DNA from: a virus | Lineage: Duplodnaviria; Caudoviricetes | Reading direction: 5' to 3' (one strand) | Length of the DNA stretch: 37,863 nt | Virus record (IMG/VR): IMGVR_UViG_3300032295_001490 | Location: 1-37,863 of that record | Part shown: positions 25,678 to 34,524 of the stretch, piece by piece | Layout: every line of letters starts with the position of its first letter | Position numbering within the stretch: position 1 is the stretch's first letter | Translations under genes and position numbers: made by a program | The notes under the pieces: model-generated | The model's input: only the letters and a program-made list of their open reading frames with translations | Databases searched by the model: none | What the model was told of the DNA's origin: nothing

Positions 25678-27222
25678 ATGAAGAAAATATTGAGCTTTTC
25701 CAACCTCACATTATTGGTTGCACTGTCATTAAGTACAGTAGCAGCCTATTATAGTATCATCGGTCTAACTGCTATCTTTGCTGGTGCAGTTATTCCTGTT
25801 ATCATTATGGGTGGTATCTTAGAAGTAGGTAAGATTACTACCACTGTTTGGTTACGTAAGTACTGGCATCGTGCTAGTTGGGTACTAAAACTATACCTTG
25901 TGCCTGCTGTAGTTGCATTAGCATTGCTTACAAGTATGGGTATCTTTGGCTTTTTATCTAAAGCACACATGGATCAAGGTATTACATCAGGTGATGTGCA
26001 AGCCAAAATTGCAATCTATGATGAGAAGATTAAAACCGCACAGGATAATATAGATGTTAATCGCAAAGCACTTAAACAACTCGATGAGGCGGTGGACCAA
26101 ATTATGGGCCGCTCGACTTCAGAAACGGGTGCAGATAAAGCTGTCGCCATACGTAAGTCACAAGCGAAAGAGAGAACTAGACTACTTTCTGAAATTGCAA
26201 CCGAGCAACAAACGATTGCTGGACTTAGAGAAGAACGAGCGCCCATTGCGGCTGAAGTACGCAAGGTTGAAGCAGAAGTAGGTCCTATTAAGTATATTGC
26301 CGCATTGATTTACGGTGACAATACTGATACAAACACACTAGAAGCCGCTGTTCGTTGGGTTATTATATTGTTAGTTATTGTGTTTGATCCTTTAGCTATC
26401 GCACTTGTTCTTGCCGCTAATGCAAGTAAAGAATGGGACAAAGAAGAACCTGAGGAAGAAGATAAACCTGATCCTTGGATTGCTGACGTTGGTGAAAAGC
26501 CAACGGCAGAAGAATTAGAGCCTGAAGTTGAAGAACTAGTAGAGGATAAAACAACAATAACATTTGTTGATCCAGGTGAGCATCCTAAGGATTTTGATGA
26601 CAAGATACAGGAAGAACCTATTATCGAACAACCATTACCTGATCCTGATCCAATTGAAAAAACTGAACCAGAAAAATCTATACTAGAACAACATCCTTAT
26701 CTGTTAACACCATTTGCACACTTTAAGAATATTGAACCAATGGTACACAAGCCTGAACAACCAGAACCAAAACACGATATCAAAGACGAAGAATTGGATA
26801 GCACTACTGAAAGCGAAGTTACGATAAACGCAAAACCTCAGTTAAAAGAAGTAGATGGCGGATATGTTATATATGACGGTAAAATGATTGCCAAAGATGC
26901 ATTAAAAGAAATGCATCCACAGTTATTCAAATTAACTGCTGATTCGGTAACACCTGTATCAACTAGTTTTGGTATTCAATTCCCTAAGTTTGCAAACAAA
27001 GGTGACACATTCATTCGTGTAGACGTATTACCAAATCGTGTATTCAAGTTTGATGGCAAACGTTGGTTTGAAATCAACAAAGATACAGTAGATTCGTACT
27101 TGTATGATGACAACTACATCAAGTATTTGATTGGTAAGATTGATAGTGGTGAGTATGATCCTGAGTTATTGTCTGATAAAGAGAAAGAACAGATAGAATC
27201 TTACCTTAATTCTAGCAAATAA
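25678..27222 (+). CDS. multi-pass membrane protein with coiled coil and acidic Pro-rich linker
   Basis: Three N-terminal TM segments, a coiled coil, then TM ending FDPLA. Confidence 0.8.
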   Translation: MKKILSFSNLTLLVALSLSTVAAYYSIIGLTAIFAGAVIPVIIMGGILEVGKITTTVWLRKYWHRASWVLKLYLVPAVVALALLTSMGIFGFLSKAHMDQGITSGDVQAKIAIYDEKIKTAQDNIDVNRKALKQLDEAVDQIMGRSTSETGADKAVAIRKSQAKERTRLLSEIATEQQTIAGLREERAPIAAEVRKVEAEVGPIKYIAALIYGDNTDTNTLEAAVRWVIILLVIVFDPLAIALVLAANASKEWDKEEPEEEDKPDPWIADVGEKPTAEELEPEVEELVEDKTTITFVDPGEHPKDFDDKIQEEPIIEQPLPDPDPIEKTEPEKSILEQHPYLLTPFAHFKNIEPMVHKPEQPEPKHDIKDEELDSTTESEVTINAKPQLKEVDGGYVIYDGKMIAKDALKEMHPQLFKLTADSVTPVSTSFGIQFPKFANKGDTFIRVDVLPNRVFKFDGKRWFEINKDTVDSYLYDDNYIKYLIGKIDSGEYDPELLSDKEKEQIESYLNSSK

Positions 27223-27273
27223 ACAAAAATAGCTGTATAATTTAAACAGCTATTTTTACATGATATATAAAGA

Positions 27274-28476
27274 ATGAACCAAGAAAACAAACTAGACCAT
27301 TGTTCCTTTTGTGGCAACCACAAAGATATTGTTAAAAAACTTATCGTAAGCGATACAGTGGCAATATGTAATAACTGTATTGATCTATGCACTCAGCTTA
27401 TAAACGATGATCCTACAGTAGAAGAAAAAGACTTAAAGCCAGTACTTGATCCAGTAGAAATCAAAGCATATTTAGACAAGTATGTAATTGGGCAACCAGG
27501 TGCTAAAATGGTTCTTAGTGTAGCAATTGCAAATCATTTTAAACGAATCGAGAATCCACCAAAAGATTTAGAAATCTCAAAAGGTAATATCTTATTAGTA
27601 GGTCCAACTGGTTCAGGCAAGACACTATTAGCAAAGACAGTTGCTAAGTTTCTTAATGTTCCACTAGTTGTAGCAGATGCAACAAGTTTAACAGAAGCAG
27701 GTTACGTAGGTGATGATGTAGAATCCATGATTAGTATGTTAGTTAATGCCGCCGGTGGTGATGTTAAACTAGCAGAACGTGGTATAGTATTCGTTGATGA
27801 AATTGACAAGATTGCACGTAAAAGTGAGTCTGCTAGTATCACACGTGATGTTAGTGGTGAAGGCGTTCAACAAGCATTATTGAAACTTGTAGAAGGAACA
27901 ACATGTCGCATTCCTGCTGGTGGCGGTAGAAAACACCCCGGTGGTGATATGCTTGAAGTTAGCACAAAGAACATTCTATTCATTGCAGGCGGTGCGTTTG
28001 TTGGATTGACAGATATTGTAAAATCTCGCAAAAAAGGTACTACTATCGGTTTTGGTGCAGATATCAAATCTACTGAAGAACAAGTTAGCTTAGAACATGT
28101 AACTCCCGATGATCTTACACGTTTCGGTATGATTCCTGAGTTCATTGGTCGTTTCACTACAACAGTTACATTAGAAGACCTAAACAAAGAACAATTGTTA
28201 CAGGTATTGACAGAAATCAAAAACAATTACATCAGTCAATATCAATACTTGTTTGAATTAGATGATGTCAATTTATCATTTGAACCTGAATCATTGGATC
28301 AGATTGCCGAAAACTGTTTAAAACTTAAAACAGGTGCACGTGGATTGCATACAGAGATTGAAAAGGTATTGATGCCACACATGTACAATCTTAGAAACTA
28401 CAGTAAAAACGGTATCAAAGAAATAGGTGTCACACGTGAAATGGTGTTAGATCCAAAACCATTCGATGTATCCTAA
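27274..28476 (+). CDS. clpX: ATP-dependent Clp protease ATP-binding subunit ClpX
   Basis: CSFCG..C..C Zn domain, GPTGSGKT, GYVG pore loop, DEIDK, RDVSGEGVQQ, RKHP, IGF loop and GARGL. Confidence 0.96.
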   Translation: MNQENKLDHCSFCGNHKDIVKKLIVSDTVAICNNCIDLCTQLINDDPTVEEKDLKPVLDPVEIKAYLDKYVIGQPGAKMVLSVAIANHFKRIENPPKDLEISKGNILLVGPTGSGKTLLAKTVAKFLNVPLVVADATSLTEAGYVGDDVESMISMLVNAAGGDVKLAERGIVFVDEIDKIARKSESASITRDVSGEGVQQALLKLVEGTTCRIPAGGGRKHPGGDMLEVSTKNILFIAGGAFVGLTDIVKSRKKGTTIGFGADIKSTEEQVSLEHVTPDDLTRFGMIPEFIGRFTTTVTLEDLNKEQLLQVLTEIKNNYISQYQYLFELDDVNLSFEPESLDQIAENCLKLKTGARGLHTEIEKVLMPHMYNLRNYSKNGIKEIGVTREMVLDPKPFDVS

Positions 28477-28520
28477 ATACTAGAATTTTTTGCGTGTTTT
28501 TGTTATAATAAATACGTATT

Positions 28521-28581
28521 GTAGATGCTCATGGTGAGGTCTACTTATAGTCATCTTGCTTATTAAAGGAGAAAACAAATG
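28521..28581 (+). promoter_or_regulatory. ROSE-like RNA thermometer in hsp20 5' UTR
   Basis: 5' hairpin 28521-28544, then UCUU-G-CUU/AUUA/AAGGAGA pairing the SD with a bulged G (UUGCU motif). Confidence 0.65.
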
Positions 28582-29016
28582 ACAAATCTATCCCTTCGTT
28601 CCTTGGATATTCCATCCATTCACAAATTCGCAGTTGGTTTTGACAACATGTTTGATGAAATCATGCGAACAACAGCCCAAACTACTAACTATCCCCCTTA
28701 CAATGTTGTGAAACATGGTGAAGATAAGTTTGCCATTGAATTGGCAGTAGCCGGCTTCAAGGATGGTGATATTGAAGTTACCGTTGAAAAAAATCAACTA
28801 ACTGTCAAGGGTGAAAAAGCAATCGAACTCAATGAAGGTGCAGAATATCTGCATCGTGGAATCAGTGCCCGTAGTTTCGTAAGAACTTGGACTCTCGCTG
28901 ATTACGTTGAGGTCACTGGGGCTGTAGTTCAAGACGGTATCCTAACTGTCAATCTAGAACGCATTGTTCCAGAAGAAAGCAAGCCCAAGAAGATTGCTAT
29001 TAGCTTCACTAAATAA
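28579..29016 (+). CDS. hsp20: small heat shock protein Hsp20 (IbpA-like)
   Basis: GFD, NYPPYNV, ELAVAGF, YLHRGIS.RSF, DGIL...L..VPE..KPKKI.I. Confidence 0.95.
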   Translation: MTNLSLRSLDIPSIHKFAVGFDNMFDEIMRTTAQTTNYPPYNVVKHGEDKFAIELAVAGFKDGDIEVTVEKNQLTVKGEKAIELNEGAEYLHRGISARSFVRTWTLADYVEVTGAVVQDGILTVNLERIVPEESKPKKIAISFTK

Positions 29017-29025
29017 TATAATAGC

Positions 29026-29055
29026 AGTGTGCGGTAATTACGCCGCACACTTTTT
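29026..29055 (+). terminator. hairpin plus U tract between hsp20 and clpS
   Basis: AGTGTGCGG-TAATTACG-CCGCACACT-TTTT. Confidence 0.65.
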
Positions 29056-29069
29056 CAAAGAGAATTAAA

Positions 29070-29375
29070 ATGGCAAAAACAGATACCAAAGTCAAAATCA
29101 AACCCAATATTGCTTTACAAGAACCCCCATTGTTTAAAATCATCTACATCAATGATGATGTGACAACTATGGAGTTTGTTGTAAGTTCCCTAGTAGATTA
29201 TTTTGACTATTCTACTGATACCGCAGTGAATCTTACTAAAGACATTCATCAAGAAGGAAGTGCTGTAGTTGCTATTCTGCCCTATGAAATTGCAGAGCAA
29301 AAAGGTATTGAAGTTACATTAGAAGCACGAACACAAGGCTATCCTCTACAAGTGAAAGTCGAAGCCGAAGCTTAA
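29070..29375 (+). CDS. clpS: ATP-dependent Clp protease adaptor ClpS
   Basis: EPPLFKIIYINDDVTTMEFV, IH.EG.AVV, YEIAEQK and YPL. Confidence 0.93.
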   Translation: MAKTDTKVKIKPNIALQEPPLFKIIYINDDVTTMEFVVSSLVDYFDYSTDTAVNLTKDIHQEGSAVVAILPYEIAEQKGIEVTLEARTQGYPLQVKVEAEA

Positions 29376-30064
29376 ACTTCAATGTCTATTCTTTTAGCCC
29401 AATAAGGATTTCTCTTATAGTAAGGGTTACACAAATAGTTGATATTATCTATCTTAGTATCAACTATTTTTCCATATGATCCATATGCCCAGTGTGATAT
29501 TTTAGACTCTGAATCTGCCAGTAGAGTCATTGACAACTCGGGCAGTATTTTTGCTTCAGGTGGTACTTCACCAAAGTATAGTTTTTCACTAGGTACACTG
29601 CTAGTCAACAACATTATCTTTTTTACATCTAGGTGCTTCTGTAATCGTTCTATTGAACTCTTTAGATAGATTAGATCCTCAAAACGACCTATACTATGTT
29701 TCTGTTCAAAATCATCTTCTTTTTCTCCACCATACCATCCCGGGCAACCTAATATGGCGACACCATCGATAATAACTACATGATGGTGCAAAAGTGCTAC
29801 ATTCCTGATTTTCTTGCAGGTACGTGAAATTTCTTTAATTCGCTTATCATAGTCATCTAAACCCTGGAATTCTAACGAACCCGGGGTATAGAAAACTCCC
29901 TGATAAAACCTAGATAAATGAGACAAAACCAAAGCAACAGTTCTAAGATCGGAACTGATGTTCCCTGCTATTACACAGTATAGACTTGTTGCTTTGTTTT
30001 CCCAATTGAAACTATCGTCAGGCGCTAGATTCAAGTCACTTATTAAGTCAAACCCAATTTTCAT
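29372..30064 (-). CDS. calcineurin-like metallophosphoesterase-fold protein with degenerate metal ligands
   Basis: Motif order conserved but altered: SDLN, AGNI, PGSLE, TSSVP, YGSYG, NP. Confidence 0.7.
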   Translation of the reverse strand: MKIGFDLISDLNLAPDDSFNWENKATSLYCVIAGNISSDLRTVALVLSHLSRFYQGVFYTPGSLEFQGLDDYDKRIKEISRTCKKIRNVALLHHHVVIIDGVAILGCPGWYGGEKEDDFEQKHSIGRFEDLIYLKSSIERLQKHLDVKKIMLLTSSVPSEKLYFGEVPPEAKILPELSMTLLADSESKISHWAYGSYGKIVDTKIDNINYLCNPYYKRNPYWAKRIDIEV

Positions 30065-30067
30065 CTA

Positions 30068-30418
30068 TTACTTAGCAACAGTCATTGTGGGTGCTTTTTT
30101 TGCACGTGGTTTAGCAGGTGCTTTAGCGGGTGCTTTAGCAGGCGTTTTAGCAGGCGTTTTGGCTGCTCTTGGCTTTGCCGGACGCTTTGCTTTGACTGGT
30201 TCTGCTACTGGGGCAGTAGTCTCAACTCGGTCATCAGCCGGCTTTCCAACTTCAGCTGGTGCCGCTACTACTGGTTCGACCTTTACAGGTTCTACTGCAG
30301 GTGGTACATCTACTTTGTAGGGTGCCTCAGTAACTGCTTCTTCTACGGTTTTTTTATCTCTGAATACAAAGTACCAGACGACAAATGCCACTACGGCCAA
30401 TATGATAACTAATTCCAT
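30068..30418 (-). CDS. membrane-anchored Ala/Lys/Pro-rich protein
   Basis: N-terminal TM, (AK[TA]P)n repeats, AGGAG SD. Confidence 0.8.
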   Translation of the reverse strand: MELVIILAVVAFVVWYFVFRDKKTVEEAVTEAPYKVDVPPAVEPVKVEPVVAAPAEVGKPADDRVETTAPVAEPVKAKRPAKPRAAKTPAKTPAKAPAKAPAKPRAKKAPTMTVAK

Positions 30419-30495
30419 TGTGTTCTCCTAAATGATAGTTAGTGTAGTATTTAACTATAGCTATATTGCGAGTAATTTTTTATGTAAATACATGT

Positions 30496-30993
30496 ATGCC
30501 AAGGTCTAGTACGTTACTGTCGTTGATGTCCGAAGATTTGCCCAATAGAACGTTTCAAAAGAGATTGCGCTATAGGACAAATCAGCAAGAGGTATTGGCG
30601 TTATTTAAGATCATCAACAAAGAAATATTCAACAACAAGTTACCAGTTCCTAGAATTGAAGTAATGCCCAATTGCAGAACGTATTGGGGATTATGCCAGG
30701 CAAATGCATTGGTACTACATTCTAACAAATCAGTGTCAAATTGCACTATTAGATTGATGGACAAATGGTTCTGTAAGCAATGGTTGATAACAACTTTAGC
30801 ACATGAAATGTGTCATCAATATCAATGGGATATAATAGGTTATCAACGTTTAAAAGAAGGCCGCAATCCTCTTATGAGTCACGGTCCCACTTTTTTCATA
30901 TTCAGAGAAAAATTAGCCAAGCACGGCATATCACTAAAACGAGCACACGGGATGAAACGCTGGTTCAGGCATCAAAACTTATTTAAGTGTTAA
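30496..30993 (+). CDS. SprT-like zinc metalloprotease
   Basis: F..IN..IFNNKL, TLAHEMCH (HExxH) and HGPTF. Confidence 0.85.
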   Translation: MPRSSTLLSLMSEDLPNRTFQKRLRYRTNQQEVLALFKIINKEIFNNKLPVPRIEVMPNCRTYWGLCQANALVLHSNKSVSNCTIRLMDKWFCKQWLITTLAHEMCHQYQWDIIGYQRLKEGRNPLMSHGPTFFIFREKLAKHGISLKRAHGMKRWFRHQNLFKC

Positions 30994-31011
30994 TTCGCAT
31001 AAATACTTATT

Positions 31012-32544
31012 ATGCGTGAATATATCAATCTAATCCAACAACTATCAGAAGAAGCATCTACTATAGGTGCTGACGGCGTTAAAGCCAAGGGTCTATACCC
31101 GGACGAATTGAAGAAACGAGACAACTTTAATTTGTTCATCAGTATGATTCAAGGAAAAAAACCGTTCATCATAAATGCAACCGGTGAACAGGTTATCTTA
31201 AATCAGAATGAAGCAAAACGTATGGCACAGATGTTCAAAGCCGGTGATTTCAAAGGAAAAAAAGTTACTATCTCTACTGCCGATGGTGACGTTATTAACC
31301 TAGGTGAACTACGTAAGACTGAAGAATTCGGTGGTAGTACCAAAGAGAATTTAAAGTTAAAACCAAGTAACATAGGCATTACAGATAAAAACATACCTGC
31401 TTCTGATTTATATGATATGATTGCTACAAATCCTGTATTATCCGAAACAGATTACGGGCAAGTAGTACAACAACTCGCTGAATACATTGTAGCTGGAGAA
31501 TATGTTCAGTTGCCACCAGAATATACTAAAAAAGACAAAGAATCAGAACGCAAAGGTATTGTTGACTACGCCGGTGAATATTTGGGTGTTCTAGCATTAT
31601 TGTATGGTCGTTCAAGATTCCCCAGAAGGCAACAGTTCAATGAGTGGTTGGGAACTGATATCGGTAACTTAGACTTGAACTTCCCAAGTGCCGCAAACAA
31701 TAACATCGCCGATAGTTATGCTATTATTTCTAACCCTGACACTAATCACAGTTTGAATATTTCTAGTAAAGGGACCGGTGGCGGGGCCGCACCTGCGATA
31801 TCTGGGTTGAAAGTTAGTGACCAGATTAGAAAAAATCCTAAATTAAAGAATGCAGTCAAATTGATTGACATTTGCCAACAAAAGGGTTCTATTGAGCAAC
31901 CTTTTGAAATTATGGATTTGATTTATAAAGTCAATCCAAACGCTATCTCTAAAGTTTGGCATAAGTTTTTGCCCTTTAGTACAAAAACACCTAGACTACA
32001 TCAACAATGCGCTGATAGCATCAAGAATGATACTACTTTACCTAGCATATATCAACCTATTGTCAATTCTGTAAAAAGCGAAAAGGCGACAGACGGTGGC
32101 AAATTAGTGTACATGATGAAGAAAGAAATTGCCAGAGCAGTCAATGAAGGTGATGCAATACCAGAATTTAAAGACTCTATTCTTTCTATCTTAGAAATGA
32201 ACTTTATTCAACAATACACAGACTATCACGGTAATGGTGAATTGACTTTTGCTACTCAATGGCCTGCAAAACTTACAGGTGTTGTTACGATGGAGAACAA
32301 ATCCAGTGCAGTTGAACCAACAAGTGCAGGCTTCAGTTTCAAGTTGGGTCGTAACGCAAGTGACTATGAAAATGGTAGTGTAGACGGCGAAGAGAATTTT
32401 GTTGCTTCCCATTCGCAAGAAACTGGTGACTTAGCCGACAAAGCCGCTGATCTAACGGGCGGACCGTCAATTACAAAGTCAAAACCAACTACTGAACCTA
32501 CAACTAAACCAGAAGTGGGTAACGTTGGGCGTAAAAAGCGTTGA
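31012..32544 (+). CDS. hypothetical protein, putative virion-internal protein
   Basis: N-terminus MREYINLIQQLSEE; TAAATA just upstream; possible nuclease-like core (GE...AD...ISSKG). Confidence 0.65.
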   Translation: MREYINLIQQLSEEASTIGADGVKAKGLYPDELKKRDNFNLFISMIQGKKPFIINATGEQVILNQNEAKRMAQMFKAGDFKGKKVTISTADGDVINLGELRKTEEFGGSTKENLKLKPSNIGITDKNIPASDLYDMIATNPVLSETDYGQVVQQLAEYIVAGEYVQLPPEYTKKDKESERKGIVDYAGEYLGVLALLYGRSRFPRRQQFNEWLGTDIGNLDLNFPSAANNNIADSYAIISNPDTNHSLNISSKGTGGGAAPAISGLKVSDQIRKNPKLKNAVKLIDICQQKGSIEQPFEIMDLIYKVNPNAISKVWHKFLPFSTKTPRLHQQCADSIKNDTTLPSIYQPIVNSVKSEKATDGGKLVYMMKKEIARAVNEGDAIPEFKDSILSILEMNFIQQYTDYHGNGELTFATQWPAKLTGVVTMENKSSAVEPTSAGFSFKLGRNASDYENGSVDGEENFVASHSQETGDLADKAADLTGGPSITKSKPTTEPTTKPEVGNVGRKKR

Positions 32545-32568
32545 CATTTCATAAACTTCCTGTATAAT
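32541..32568 (+). promoter_or_regulatory. sigma70 promoter for clpP
   Basis: TTGACA-16-TATAAT. Confidence 0.75.
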
Positions 32569-32593
32569 AGTAATTATTTTACAAAGGAAGTTT

Positions 32594-33184
32594 ATGAGTC
32601 TAGTCCCTATGGTTTTGGAACAAACGTCACGCGGTGAGCGTAGTTATGATATCTACAGTCGTCTATTGCGTGACCGTGTTATTTTGCTTGAGGGCGAAGT
32701 ACATGACCAAATGGCAAATCTAATCGTTGCCCAGCTACTGTTCTTGGAATCAGAGAACCCAGATAAGGACATTAGTCTCTATATCAACAGCCCCGGTGGT
32801 AGTGTAACTGCTGGCATGGCTATCTATGATACAATGCAATTCATCAAATCCGATGTTCAAACTATCGTGATGGGTCAGGCATGTAGTATGGGAAGTTTAC
32901 TTGCACAAGCAGGTGCAAAAGGTAAACGCACGATTCTTCCTAATGCACGACACATGATTCACCAACCCTCAGGTGGCGCACGTGGTCAAGCTACTGACAT
33001 GGAAATTCAAGTCAAAGAAATTTTGGCTATGAAAAAATCTCTGACACAAATCTACGTTGACCACAATAGTGCAGGCAAGTCATTCAAAGACTTGGCAAAG
33101 GACATGGAACGTGACTATTTCATGAGTGCCCAAGAAGCCGTAGACTATGGCCTTGCTGATAAAGTACTCATAAATCGCGGTTGA
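32594..33184 (+). CDS. clpP: ATP-dependent Clp protease proteolytic subunit ClpP
   Basis: [19 protein letters not shown], catalytic Ser (ACSMG), His (MIHQP) and Asp (MERD). Confidence 0.97.
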   Translation: MSLVPMVLEQTSRGERSYDIYSRLLRDRVILLEGEVHDQMANLIVAQLLFLESENPDKDISLYINSPGGSVTAGMAIYDTMQFIKSDVQTIVMGQACSMGSLLAQAGAKGKRTILPNARHMIHQPSGGARGQATDMEIQVKEILAMKKSLTQIYVDHNSAGKSFKDLAKDMERDYFMSAQEAVDYGLADKVLINRG

Positions 33185-33209
33185 CAATAAATCCATGGTG
33201 TAGTATACT
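33181..33209 (+). promoter_or_regulatory. sigma70 promoter (repeat family variant)
   Basis: TTGACA-ATAAATCCATGGTGTAG-TATACT. Confidence 0.8.
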
Positions 33210-33229
33210 CACATATTATTGGAGATATT

Positions 33230-33745
33230 ATGCCTTGGATTCAAAACGTTGCAAAAAGCGATATCGCAAAGGGGTTCCACATCAACCCCGGTGCGAACGC
33301 CATGTTGATTCAGATTGTTGACCCACCTGGCGATTTTCCTACTCCCAAATACAACTTCAAAGAAGTGCATCAGTTCCAGTTCCTTGACATTGAGGAACAT
33401 GATTTCGCACTGGATGAGGCTATGCGTTGCAGTCATGAACAGGCTAACCAGCTTGTTGCACATTTACAACACGCACTTGCTAACCACATGAACGTGATTG
33501 TCCACTGTGTCGCTGGTGTTTGCCGTAGTGGTGCCGTCTGTGAAGTCGGCGTCATGCTTGGCTTTGACGACACTGAAGCTTTCCGTAGTCCTAACTTGTT
33601 GGTCAAGCACCGCATGATGAAAGCATTGGGCTGGACATACGATGAACAGGAACCGCACACTATCAACGGTGTGCCGTTCCAATACGATGAACTTGGTAAC
33701 AAAAAAATCATCCTTCCTCCTACCCGCGAGGAAAATTGGGATTGA
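33230..33745 (+). CDS. protein tyrosine / dual-specificity phosphatase-like protein
   Basis: CX5R loop VHCVAGVCRS; upstream FLD general-acid loop; PN motif. Confidence 0.85.
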   Translation: MPWIQNVAKSDIAKGFHINPGANAMLIQIVDPPGDFPTPKYNFKEVHQFQFLDIEEHDFALDEAMRCSHEQANQLVAHLQHALANHMNVIVHCVAGVCRSGAVCEVGVMLGFDDTEAFRSPNLLVKHRMMKALGWTYDEQEPHTINGVPFQYDELGNKKIILPPTREENWD

Positions 33746-33770
33746 CAATAAATGGATTTGGGAGTACAAT
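33742..33770 (+). promoter_or_regulatory. repeated early promoter
   Basis: TTGACA-ATAAATGGATTTGGGAG-TACAAT. Confidence 0.88.
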
Positions 33771-33802
33771 ACTTGTATTGACACTGAAACACAGGAGAAA
33801 AC

Positions 33803-34090
33803 ATGTCAACGATTCAAGATATCAATGCTACTATCATTTCGGGTGTGTTCACTAACGAACAACTGGACTCTATTCAAATGGCAATTAAGTTTGCTAAGAA
33901 TCAGCTAGCCGCAAAAGCCAAGTTTACATTGGTCAAAGGCACTCAAGTGAAATTCACTTCTAGCCGAAATGGTCAGACTATTCTCGGTACAGTTGAGAAG
34001 GTCAATCGTAAGTTTATCATTGTCCGTGAAAACGGCAAGGCGTTCGGTGGCTCATGGCGAGTCCCCGCTAACATGTTGAGTGCCGCATAA
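33803..34090 (+). CDS. hypothetical early protein (SH3/KOW-like C-terminus)
   Basis: AGGAG SD; G..VKF...GTVEKVNRK...WRVP pattern. Confidence 0.75.
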   Translation: MSTIQDINATIISGVFTNEQLDSIQMAIKFAKNQLAAKAKFTLVKGTQVKFTSSRNGQTILGTVEKVNRKFIIVRENGKAFGGSWRVPANMLSAA

Positions 34091-34242
34091 TGGACTTTTT
34101 TCTTGTTCTAAACGTTGCTTTTACATACCTGTCTTGGAAATGGGCAACGGATGCATTTGACAAAGGATTCAATACTTTAGGTTGGATTCAAATTTTTGTT
34201 AGTGCAATGAACGGTGCCGCAGTTGCTAGTAAGATTTTTTAA
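34090..34242 (+). CDS. small membrane protein (50 aa)
   Basis: Manual ORF MDFFLVLNVAFTYLSWKWATDAF...; TAATG coupling. Confidence 0.6.
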   Translation: MDFFLVLNVAFTYLSWKWATDAFDKGFNTLGWIQIFVSAMNGAAVASKIF

Positions 34243-34251
34243 GGAATAATC

Positions 34252-34467
34252 ATGGATACAATTTTTAAAATGGTTTTTACTGTTATCGGGGGCATTGTGT
34301 TCCTGATCTGTCTGAGTTTTCTGTTGTCTTGGCCTGTATACATGCTATGGAACGGATGCTTGGTTGGTGCTGTCAATGGCGTCAATGAGGTTACCTGGCT
34401 CCAAGCTTGGGGCCTGAGTATTCTGTCATCGTTCCTATTCAAGACCACTGTCAATACCAAAGGTTGA
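34252..34467 (+). CDS. small membrane protein
   Basis: TAAGGA SD; MLWN...TWLQAWGL motif. Confidence 0.75.
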   Translation: MDTIFKMVFTVIGGIVFLICLSFLLSWPVYMLWNGCLVGAVNGVNEVTWLQAWGLSILSSFLFKTTVNTKG

Positions 34468-34524
34468 CAATAAATGGGTTTGGGTATATAATACATACAT
34501 AGACAGTTAACTAAAGGACTCGAA

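Noticed and set aside
30110-30170. 12-bp tandem repeats (TTTAGCAGGCGT-like)
   Set aside because: Explained by AKTP/AKAP peptide repeats in the 30068..30418 protein.
29958-30320. Plus-strand 120-aa Ala/Gly-rich ORF, and similar antisense ORFs (18525..18749, 26310..26603, 34855..35397)
   Set aside because: Shadows of real genes on the opposite strand, often low-complexity; no SD or motifs.
32594-33184. ClpP as the prohead maturation protease
   Set aside because: It is a canonical host-type ClpP with ClpX nearby and no adjacent portal or capsid genes.
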